From Octopus sinensis (lineage: Eukaryota), in contig NW_021827069.1 in NCBI RefSeq assembly GCF_006345805.1, forward strand, positions 1 through 11,076: a DNA stretch of 11,076 nt, given 5' to 3'. Of the stretch, positions 1 to 8,089 are shown piece by piece. The notes under the pieces are model-generated. The model did no database searches. It saw only the letters and a list, made by a program, of their open reading frames with translations, and was not told the DNA's origin. Position 1 is the first letter of the stretch; each line of letters opens with the position of its first letter. The translations under genes and the position numbers were made by a program.

Positions 1-184
1 TATGTCCTTAATTATATCCAACCCTTATTGGCTTACCAGTATCAAAACAGCGGGTTATGATCAAGGAAAGGCACCGTCCTAGCTGCTACTCTAACCTCTG
101 GTCTTTTATCGGAATTTAGAGAATGAACGAATTCGATATCAATGAGTAGATAGGTAGATTTTATTTGACGTAAATGAATTTTTT

Positions 185-390
185 GTATCTATTATCTGTT
201 TCATCCACTGAACTGCGGCCGTGAGGTGGGGGGGGGGGGTCGAACAAACTGACACCAGTGCTTTTTTTTAGTTTTTCTTTCTTTCTGTAAGTTTGCTGCT
301 TATTCTATCGGTGTCTTTGGACGAACTGCTAAGTTACGAAGACGTACGTAAACAAACCAACTCACACACAAACTCAAACACACACACACA
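185..390 (-). mobile_element. 3' half of tRNA/CORE-like SINE (family B, copy B1)
   Basis: Aligns by eye with the 3' part of the copy at 4254-4557 (e.g. ttattctatcggtgtctttggacgaactgctaagttacg vs ttattctatcgctctcttttgccgagttgctagatacg). Ends in an A-rich tail on the minus strand and borders an internal (CA)n tract. Confidence 0.8.
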
Positions 391-611
391 CAAAGAAATA
401 AGGAATTCTTGTAGCAAATCCAGTGGCATATACCTCCATACTTTTGTTGACAACAGGTAACCGAAAACTGTCGAAGCGCTTTAACCAGCATACAAGGTGT
501 ATATTCGAATATATATATATATTATTTGAGGGAATAAAATCCAAACTTGCAAACTTAATTATTCATTTTGAATTGATAAGAGGTGGGGTTTTTTCTAATA
601 TTATATATATA

Positions 612-642
<31 letters not shown>

Positions 643-799
643 CAACGGAATTCCACACAGTTTCCGTCTGCCAAATTCACTCACATAGCATTAATTTCCC
701 CGAGAACTATAGTAGAAAACACTTGCCCATGATACCGCACCGTAGCACTGAACCCGAAAACACGCAGTTTTACAGCATCTTAGCGACACAGCTGTGCCT
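643..799 (-). mobile_element. 5' half of tRNA/CORE-like SINE (family B, copy B1)
   Basis: Minus strand reads aggcacagctgtgtcgctaag...gggttcagtgc (degenerate B box, 745-755), then tcatgggcaagtgttttctactatag (resembles the CORE domain tgggcaagtcactt), then ggaaactgtgtggaa, which is shared with copy B2 (ttccacacagtttcc at 651-665 and 4505-4519). Confidence 0.75.
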
Positions 800-1260
800 A
801 TAAATTTATATTATATAAGTTAAAGGGAGGAGAAAAGGTAATTCCCCCGACCATTACATGCTGTATTTGAAAGTATGGTGTGATTAATGCGGTTGATGAA
901 CATCGATAGGTCAACATATACAAGAATATCATGGGAAGACTAAGAACAGGTGTTCTGCTGTAAATGCTTGCAACGAAGTGGAATCTACTATAAGGTAACT
1001 AAGTACAACCTGGTGATAGTGTTAAAAAGGGTTGCGTATCAAAGAAACTGTTACCTTTTCTGATACCGCAGCATACGCAAGTGACTGGGATCAATTTCAG
1101 AGATAAGGGTTTGGAGATTTAGAAAATACATTCCTTATGCTTGAACTGTTTCGTCTGTAAGATCGGAAGCACTCTTATCCACCTGACTTTCTCCTATTAG
1201 CCGTTCATACAAATATACATACACACACACACATATATATGTATATTTATATACATATAT

Positions 1261-1357
1261 CTTAACTATGAGTATATATATATATATATATCTTAAATGA
1301 GTATATATATGTATGTATATATATATATATCTTAAATATGAGTATATATATGTATAT
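1261..1357. repeat. Minisatellite: three copies of CTTAA(C/A)(TA)TGAG followed by a variable (TA)n
   Basis: Units start at 1261, 1292 and 1331; visible directly. Confidence 0.9.
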
Positions 1358-1466
1358 ACAATGATGTCAATCGCATTGTGACCAGCAAAGTATAACAACA
1401 TCCGATTGCCTAGTCGATCACGCGATGTCTTACATAATTATACATGCATATGTTATATAGAATGTC

Positions 1467-1550
<84 letters not shown>
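1467..1550. repeat. Compound microsatellite (GT)6(GA)36
   Basis: Directly visible. Confidence 0.98.
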
Positions 1551-1553
<3 letters not shown>

Positions 1554-1571
1554 GGGAAGAAAAATTAATTA

Positions 1572-1739
1572 CAGTGAATTTGCTGTGGTGAGTGGAAAAC
1601 CCAACGTTTCGGAGAGAGACTTTCAGAGAATAATTGAAAGAAGCGAAATTAATTGGTTCTTATCAACTCTTCGCCAAAGAACGACTTTTTCTAAAGCGTT
1701 AGATGTTCCATCCCCACCGCCACCCCGGCAAATTCACTG
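1572..1739. mobile_element. 168-bp MITE of Tc1/mariner type
   Basis: TA|CAGTGAATTTGC...GCAAATTCACTG|TA: perfect 12-bp TIR (14 bp with the TA), extendable to about 19 bp with 2 mismatches. CAGTG termini with a TA duplication are typical of Tc1/mariner. No coding capacity inside. Confidence 0.7.
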
Positions 1740-1856
1740 TACTCTTTTTTGTCTAGTTCACTTAATAATACAAGGCTTGCCAATATAGACCAACAACAGT
1801 CCCTTTACAGCCTGCTTTAATATATATATTAAATAATATATATATTAAATATATGA

Positions 1857-2180
1857 GGCGCATGGCTCAGTGGTTAGAGCGTCGAGCTTACGATCGTGAG
1901 GTTGTAAGTTCGAATCCCGGACCGGGCTGCGTGCTGTGTTCTTGAGCAAGACACTTTATTTCACGTTGCTCCAGTTCACTCAGCTGTAGAAATGAGTTGC
2001 GACGTCACAGGTGCCAAGCTGTATCGACCTTTGTCTTTCCCTTGGATAACACTGGTGGCGTGGAGAGGGGAGGCCGGTATGCATAGGCGACTACTGGTCT
2101 TCCATAAAAACAACCTTGCCCAGACTTGTGCCTCAGAGGGTAACTCTCTAGGTGCAAACCGAAGGGGGTCTTTACCCTTT
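1857..2180 (+). mobile_element. Near full-length tRNA-derived CORE-like SINE (family A, copy A1; probably octopus OR-type)
   Basis: Pol III A box TGGCTCAGTGG (1863-1873) and B box GTTCGAATCC (1908-1917), ACG near the anticodon position, CORE-like gtgttcttgagcaagacacttt, and a body that aligns with the inverted copy at 10148-10437. The family name is from recollection, not a search. Confidence 0.85.
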
Positions 2181-2450
2181 TCTCGAGGCATTGATACAGT
2201 CGCCTCGTATATATCCGTCTCTCCCAGGTTTCTTTTACTGATGAAGTGTGACCTATGGTAGACTAGCTTAATTTAATTTAATTAAGCTGGTCTATCATTA
2301 AAGACACTGAAACGATGCATCGTATAAAAGATGAATTAGGGTAAATGTTTTTAAATTTTCACCTTATTTCCGAATTACACTACTTGGCGGTTGGAGTTAT
2401 GGCTGCTCTTTCTAGTGGACGAATGGCCTGTTTAGGCCATTCCTAAATTG

Positions 2451-2451
<1 letters not shown>

Positions 2452-2515
<64 letters not shown>

Positions 2516-2569
2516 ATATATATATAAATATACATAAATATATATATATAAATATACATATAAATATAT

Positions 2570-2603
<34 letters not shown>

Positions 2604-2671
2604 ATATATATATATACGCCGCAGCCTTAGGGCTGAAACGTATAAAAGAATATATATATATATATATATAT
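2452..2671. repeat. Interrupted (TA)n microsatellite field
   Basis: Directly visible; interrupted at 2617-2649 by a short SINE tail fragment. Confidence 0.95.
2617..2650 (+). mobile_element. Isolated 3'-terminal fragment of a family B-like SINE
   Basis: cgccgCAGCCttagGGCTGaaacgtataaaagaa aligns with the minus-strand termini of B1 (ggccgcagttcagtggatgaaacagataata) and B2 (ggctgcaatccagatgattgagatacataaaagataaaag). Confidence 0.55.
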
Positions 2672-2730
2672 CATTTTGACTGTCATTATGCATAAAAGAT
2701 ATACACACATAAATATACATAATAGTTTTT

Positions 2731-2930
2731 AATACTGTTTTCAAATTTTGGTACTAGGCCAGCAGTTCCAGAGGAGGGACTTAGTGAATTACATCCACTC
2801 TAGTGATCAACTAGTACTTATTTATCAACCACGAAAGGATAAAAGGCAAAGTCAACCACGACGTAAAGACGGGCGAAGTGCCGCAAAGCATTTTGCTCGG
2901 AGTGCAAACAATTTTGCCAGCTTGCCGTCC
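2731..2930 (-). mobile_element. tRNA-derived SINE family C, copy C1 (tail type 1, internal deletion over the B box)
   Basis: Head ggacggcaagctggcaaaattg, central ttgactttgccttttatcctttcg, tail ...caaaatttgaaaacagtatt; colinear with C4. Confidence 0.85.
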
Positions 2931-2943
2931 TATGTCATTTTTT

Positions 2944-3400
2944 ATGTTGGTTTCAAATTCTGGCGCCAGGACAGCAAGTTCGGGAAACGGATTAGTCGAT
3001 TACAACGACCCCACTCCTGATATGGTGCTTATTTCATTTATCCCGGAAGGATGAAAGGCAAAGTCGACCTTGGCAAAATTTGAATTCAGAACGTAATGAC
3101 GGACGAAATACCTATTTCTTTACTACCCACAAGGGGCTAAACACAGACGGGACAAACAAGGACAGACAAACGAATTAAGTCGATTATATCGACCCCAGTG
3201 CGTAACTGGTACTTAATTTATTGACCCCGAAAGGATGAAAGGCAAAGTCGACCTCGGCGGGATTTGAACTCAGAACGTAGCGGCAGGCGAAATACCGCTT
3301 AGCATTTCGCCCAGCGTGCTAACGTTTCTGCCAACTCGCCGGACGAAATACCGCTAAACATTTTGCGCGGGGTGCTTAACGATTCTGCCAGTTCGCTACC
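2944..3400 (-). mobile_element. SINE family C, copy C2 (tail type 1), split by nested copy C3
   Basis: The 5' piece 3341-3400 and the 3' piece 2944-3112 join into one colinear copy when 3113-3340 and one copy of GGACGAAATACC are removed. Confidence 0.85.
3113..3340 (-). mobile_element. SINE family C, copy C3 (tail type 2), young nested insertion
   Basis: Full length, closely similar to 6713-6949, and flanked by a perfect 12-13 bp direct repeat (c)GGACGAAATACC at 3100-3112 and 3340-3352. Confidence 0.92.
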
Positions 3401-3433
3401 CTATACCTTTTTTAATATTAGTAGCAATAGTGA

Positions 3434-3652
3434 GGCGGTGAGCAGGCAGAATCGTTAGCACGCTGGACAAAATGTTTAGCAGCATGTCGTCCGTCTTAAC
3501 TTTGTGGGTTCAAATATCATCAGGATCGACTTTGCCTTTCATCCTTTCGGATTCGATAAAATAAGTATCGGTTGAGCACTGGGGTCGATTTAATCGACTT
3601 AGCTCGCTCCCCCGATATTGCTGGTCTTGTAGCAAAATTTGAAAGCAATATT
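3434..3652 (+). mobile_element. SINE family C, copy C4 (tail type 1)
   Basis: Head ggcggtgagcaggcagaatcgttagc, B-box-like gggttcaaat, central tcgactttgcctttcatcctttcgg, end gaaagcaatatt. TSD AATATTAGTAGCAATAG (3414-3430) / AATATTAATAGCAATAA (3647-3663), 15 of 17 matching. Confidence 0.9.
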
Positions 3653-4253
3653 AATAGCAATAAGAAAGAACCAGCCATCGTTGAATGTTGTCGACAATAC
3701 TATAACACAGAATGATTGATAACGTTTCGTTTATGTCTATATTTTTATATAATCATAAGAGCTTGTAGTTCAGTTGACGAATTGCTGTTTCACAACAGAA
3801 ATGGAAAATGTAATAAATGTCGCTTAACAATGCTAAGTTAACGGAGAATATATTGAATATTTCCGTATAACTCACAAATATTTCAATACCAAGTATTGCG
3901 AAATAGACGATTGCGAATAAGAGTATTGAGAAGAGGGGAAATGAATTATAATCAATACAGAAATTCTTATGATTTGCACGGAGACGTTCTGTCAGTCAAT
4001 ATAGTAGGGATGTTTAGACGGCGAAATCTAAATTATGTAACTGAAACTATGGATGGTCGAAATTTTCATGACAAGAGATAATATGTCATTTAAGATGCCT
4101 GATAAGTATTGTCTCTTTAATAAATAAATTAAAAGGTTTCTATGGACAGCCATGAAGGAAAGAAAATGTCTTTTAACAGAAGAGGTTGTCATGTTCATAT
4201 TCTCACACTAATGGGAAAATGTAAAGAGCAGATGGTATTGCTTTAACTTTTAT

Positions 4254-4557
4254 CTTTTATGTATCTCAATCATCTGGATTGCAGCCATACTAGGGCACCT
4301 CCTTGAAAGGTTTTTTCTGTCAAACAGACTTATTCCAGTACTTATTTTTAAGGCCGGTTTTTATTCTATCGCTCTCTTTTGCCGAGTTGCTAGATACGGG
4401 GATGTACACAAAGAAATCAACACTTGTTGACAAGCGACGGTGAAAAGAAGCAATCACAGTCACAAAGACAAACAGATACACACACACACACACATACGGT
4501 GGGCTTCCACACAGTTTCCATTTACCAAGTTCGCTCGCTATGTATGCCTGTGCTTAT
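4254..4557 (-). mobile_element. SINE family B, copy B2 (most of the tRNA/CORE head deleted)
   Basis: Minus strand: residual head aagcacaggcat, then ggaaactgtgtggaagcccaccg, (TG)n, a 3' body matching 185-390, terminal hairpin and taaaagataaaag tail. Confidence 0.8.
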
Positions 4558-4558
4558 A

Positions 4559-4735
4559 CATGGCACTTCGTCGGTTACGACGACGAGGGTACCGGATCGT
4601 CTGATCAACGGAACAACCTTCTCGTGAAATTAACGTGCAAGTGGCTGAGCACTATACAGACATGTGTACCCTTCACGTATTTCTCAGGGAGATTCAGCGC
4701 GGTACAGCGTGCGACAAGGCTGGCCCCCTTAAAAT
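4559..4735 (-). mobile_element. 3' body of another interspersed SINE (5' part missing)
   Basis: GC-richer segment with sharp boundaries (minus: gggccagccttgtcgcacgctg...cctcgtcgtcgtaaccgacgaagtgcca). Recognised from recollection as a common octopus SINE 3' region; there is no second copy in the window to confirm it. Confidence 0.6.
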
Positions 4736-5550
4736 AACATTCCATCTTTTTCTGGGATATTTTTTTCAACGGTAGCGCATGATTTGAAGGGATATTTGAT
4801 TATTTGATTGCTATTATAATCAGGCTGACTGACCACACTGAACAGGCGCGGGTAACTTTTTCGAGAAGCGGACCGCAAATGACATGGTCCATCATCTAGC
4901 GGGCAGTACTACAAAAGAAAATTCAAGGTAATTTTCCATTAGGAGTGCCATTCAGAATGTGTTGCGGGTCTCTATTTGCCCTTGAATTACTCTACAAAAA
5001 GTGAAGTACATAACGATAGTGGCAACAAAGTACATTACTTCGTATGTGAAATCCCCAAGTCTTTTAATGAACTAATTTCCAAATAAGGAAAATATCTCTG
5101 AAAGCCTGTGAAGTAAACTTGAGATGGTTAAAGTCGTTATAAGTTAATGTCCTGAATTTCTAGCCTGATTAACTATTAATCTCTGTAGAATTCACCTGAA
5201 TAATGTTTTGTTCCATCTCCTTCCTAGGCGACGGTTTAAAGTCAACATACAATCGAAGATTAATCATTGTTTTTTTTTAGTTATTTTTCTAGAGCATATC
5301 AAGAGATATTTTGTGATCTCGCTAGGTTGAATGTAAACAATATATTGAGGATTGTTATAGAGTAGAATTACAAAAATATTGTCCATGACTTCTACTTGTC
5401 TTTTACGCAATTATTTATCACCACGTAAAGTGTAACTTGTTGACGAATAGCTTGAAATCACGTCATTCTAATTAATATGTCGTGTTAAATGTTAGGTGAC
5501 TATTTTAACATGATAAATACAATTGATTATCGTATTGAAGTTAATATATG

Positions 5551-5552
<2 letters not shown>

Positions 5553-5616
<64 letters not shown>
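5553..5616. repeat. (TC)n microsatellite
   Basis: Directly visible, one interruption. Confidence 0.98.
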
Positions 5617-5618
<2 letters not shown>

Positions 5619-5658
5619 GTGCTTTTGTATGTGGTGTCTCTTTCATTTTTTAATTTAG

Positions 5659-5859
5659 AGTTAATTTTGACTGGCCACCTGTTTGGTAGCAAGGTTGTGA
5701 AGGAAGGCATCTTGTTCTGTTTATCACAATTTAAATCTTTAAAAAGTAATGCAGATTTTAATAATCCTAGATATCGTGATCATTTGTAGTGAATGAGTGA
5801 AGGAGTTGCATTCTCTCCCCAAAAATTCAAGGTCAACCATATTCTGTTCCAACGATTTG
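5659..5859 (+). other. Weak candidate spliced exon (possible ATG at 5793)
   Basis: Acceptor tttcattttttaatttAG (5657-5658) and donor TTG|GTACGT (5860). ATG 5793 reads MSEGVAFSPQKFKVNHILFQRF plus 1 nt. No recognisable homology. Confidence 0.2.
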
Positions 5860-6053
5860 GTACGTTTCCTGTATGTATGTAAGTATGTATGTATGTATGT
5901 ATGATGAATGTATATACGTACGTACGCACGTATTATGCATGTACATATGTTTATATATGTATTATATACTTGCGATTGTTCATTCGATATATTGACCGCC
6001 ATCTTTACAGACATTGGCAAAAGAGTCTCTGAGTTAAGGATATAATCATGAAA

Positions 6054-6121
6054 AGCGATGGACGGGCAGAATCGTGAGAGCGTCGAATAGAATACCTTGC
6101 GGCACCTCTTCTGGCTCTTTA
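6054..6121 (+). mobile_element. Degraded 5' head fragment of a family C-like SINE
   Basis: gggcagaatcgtgagagcgtcgaatagaataccttgcggcac aligns with C heads (ggcagaatcgttagcacgctggacaaaatgtttagc). Confidence 0.55.
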
Positions 6122-6301
6122 TCTTCTCATTTCCTGATGGTTATTTTTATCTATATGTATGTATGTATGATTTTTCTTTGAGTTTAATTTAAGTTCTTCT
6201 CGAGAGAGTTCAAGCTAACAAGCGACATGACTTTTTTTTAGTTAAAGGAGTTCTTGGAGTTTGTAAATATCTATTCACATTTATTCTCATAAAAATTTCA
6301 G

Positions 6302-6426
6302 ATGGAGAATTTTTGGAATGTCTTATACATCTTCATTGTGCGACTAACAGAATTCGCCCCAGCCTCTTTTGCTCTTTCTCCGTGAAACCGATTATTTCTA
6401 GGTTTCTGTGCAAGTTTATTCAAATT
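6302..6426 (+). other. Weak candidate spliced exon
   Basis: Acceptor atttcAG (6300-6301) and donor ATT|GTATGT (6427). Open in phase 1 (DGEFLECLIHLHCATNRIRPSLFCSFSVKPIISRFLCKFIQI) and phase-compatible with 5793-5859, but the donor is also the start of a (GTAT)n repeat. Confidence 0.2.
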
Positions 6427-6541
6427 GTATGTATGTATGTTGGAAGGAGTATGGACTGCATTACGTTCTGCCCACTCTCTCTCATTCCTGATGCTTATTC
6501 TGTACGTGTGCTGGAGGGAGTAGTGACAGCTGTGAATCCAG

Positions 6542-6543
<2 letters not shown>

Positions 6544-6614
<71 letters not shown>
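6544..6614. repeat. (TC)n microsatellite
   Basis: Directly visible. Confidence 0.98.
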
Positions 6615-6617
<3 letters not shown>

Positions 6618-6712
6618 AGTTATTCTGCATTTTTGTGAGAGGGGAAGGGACTGTTCTGAGCTCTGCATTGCATTTCAGCATTGCACTTCATCCTTTCCAC
6701 GTCAGTGGATAT

Positions 6713-6949
6713 AATACCTATTTCTTTACTACCCACAAGAGGCTAAACACAGAGAGGACAAACAAGGACAGACAAACGGATTAAAGTCGATTATAGCACC
6801 CCCAGTGCGTAACTGGTACTTAATTTATCGACACCGGAAGGATGAAAGGCAAAGTCGACCTCGGCGGAATTTGAACTCAGGACGTAACGGCAGACGAAAT
6901 ACTGCTAAGCATTTCGGCTGGCGTGCCAACGTTTCTGCCAGCTCACAGC
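6713..6949 (-). mobile_element. SINE family C, copy C5 (tail type 2)
   Basis: Colinear and highly similar to 3113-3340 along its whole length; ends ...aaagaaataggtatt on the minus strand. No TSD found. Confidence 0.92.
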
Positions 6950-7211
6950 TTTGAATTAGCAGAATGGTTATAACATCGAACTAGATGAGTTGTGGTAGAA
7001 TCACGAGATTATCGCGTTCTGACGGCAACACCTGCCTAAACTGACACTGCTATCTTTTGTTCAAGCAACACAAGCAGTCTAAAGGCGACTTGGTTGCATG
7101 CGCAACCGGTGGTCTTTGAAGAATTGCTAAGGCTTGCCCTATGGAATAGAACATAGCAGGTGCAAGTTCGTAATCTCATGAGACAAACGTAGACTCCGAA
7201 AAATCAGGACT

Positions 7212-7337
7212 ACACACAAAACACACACATGTATATGTATGTATCTATGTATGTATGTATACATATGTGTACACACACACATATATATATATATCTATGT
7301 ATGTATACATACGTGTACACACACACACACCACACAC

Positions 7338-7372
<35 letters not shown>

Positions 7373-7477
7373 TTGTATGTATGTATGTATACATGATGTT
7401 CATGTATGTATATGTATATATATATATAAATCGTGCATACTTATGCACGTACATGAGTTCATATATTCATACACACA
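7212..7477. repeat. Mixed (CA)n/(TA)n/(TATG)n low-complexity tract
   Basis: Directly visible. Confidence 0.9.
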
Positions 7478-7485
7478 TATTATTA

Positions 7486-7526
<41 letters not shown>

Positions 7527-7719
7527 GTTGATGCTTTTGTTCAGGCAGATGTTATACCAACACTATACCGAAAGACCGAGCCATATCCAATGGCCAAAGG
7601 TTCTTTGGGTCATTCATTCTTCAAGTTTCTAACACCCTCCTTAAGATTCTTGCCTTTCCTAACCAGACTGTTTTCTGCAACAACTCCGTTCTGAAAGTAA
7701 TTCCAAGCTTCTTAGTTGT
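7478..7719 (-). mobile_element. 5'-truncated 3' end of an R4/Dong-clade (RLE) non-LTR retrotransposon with (TAA)n tail
   Basis: Minus strand 7716-7621 translates to TKKLGITFRTELLQKTVWLGKARILRRVLET*, matching the LQKxxLLGTARILRxVL C-terminus I recall for R4-clade ORFs. About 94 nt of 3' UTR follows, then (AAT)n (7526-7478). A short (AAT)n is also present at the 5' junction (7719-7729). Confidence 0.78.
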
Positions 7720-7833
7720 TATTATTATTTTAAGATTCGTAACCGCTTAACAGATGAACTGATAAAATGATGATTACATGAACCAAGAGAAAATGGTGAA
7801 ATTGTGAAATTACTTAATTTGTTCTCAAAACAG

Positions 7834-7903
7834 ATATAGCGAGGTATTCGGAAGAAAGAAAAATAAGACGCTAACGCTGGATGAGAAAAGAATGAAGACA
7901 AAG
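7834..7903 (+). other. Weak candidate 70-nt exon
   Basis: Branch-like cttaat, acceptor ttgttctcaaaacAG (7832-7833) and consensus donor AAG|GTAAGT (7904). Open in phase 2: YSEVFGRKKNKTLTLDEKRMKTK. Confidence 0.25.
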
Positions 7904-8089
7904 GTAAGTTAAAGAAGAATGAAGGAAGTAATAAAGAGGTATTAGATGAAGAAGCGAAAAAATCGAGGAAGAGAGAAAATGGACGGAAAACTAATTAAAA
8001 ATAAGAAACAAAGATTGCACGTAATGTTTAAGAAGGAGGAATAAGACGGTAAGTTAATGGAATGAGGAAATGAGTAAAAAAAATAACCA

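Noticed and set aside
1857-1930. tRNA gene
   Set aside because: A and B boxes are present, but the acceptor and anticodon stems pair poorly, there is no terminator, and the sequence continues into a SINE body with a second copy in the window.
2421-2446. Helitron 3' terminus
   Set aside because: A hairpin is present, but the CTRR spacing and following base do not fit and no 5' TC end could be assigned.
3836-3872. Bulged hairpin of about 15 bp
   Set aside because: Short and AT-rich; expected by chance at this composition.
3896-4081. 61-aa ORF in non-repetitive sequence
   Set aside because: Starts at a non-ATG codon; no homology recognised and no convincing splice sites.
4074-4116. 15-bp bulged hairpin with two + strand G.U pairs
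   Set aside because: Consistent with the wobble polarity, but too short and AT-rich to count as independent evidence.
5228-5331. Strong polypyrimidine acceptor (ttttgttccatctccttcctAG) as an exon start
   Set aside because: The only downstream donor is weak (AAT|GTAAAC) and the peptide is unrecognisable.
7545-7696. + strand exon (ttttgttcAG...AAA|GTAATT) with an open frame
   Set aside because: The opposite strand is better explained as the C-terminus and 3' UTR of an R4/Dong retrotransposon.
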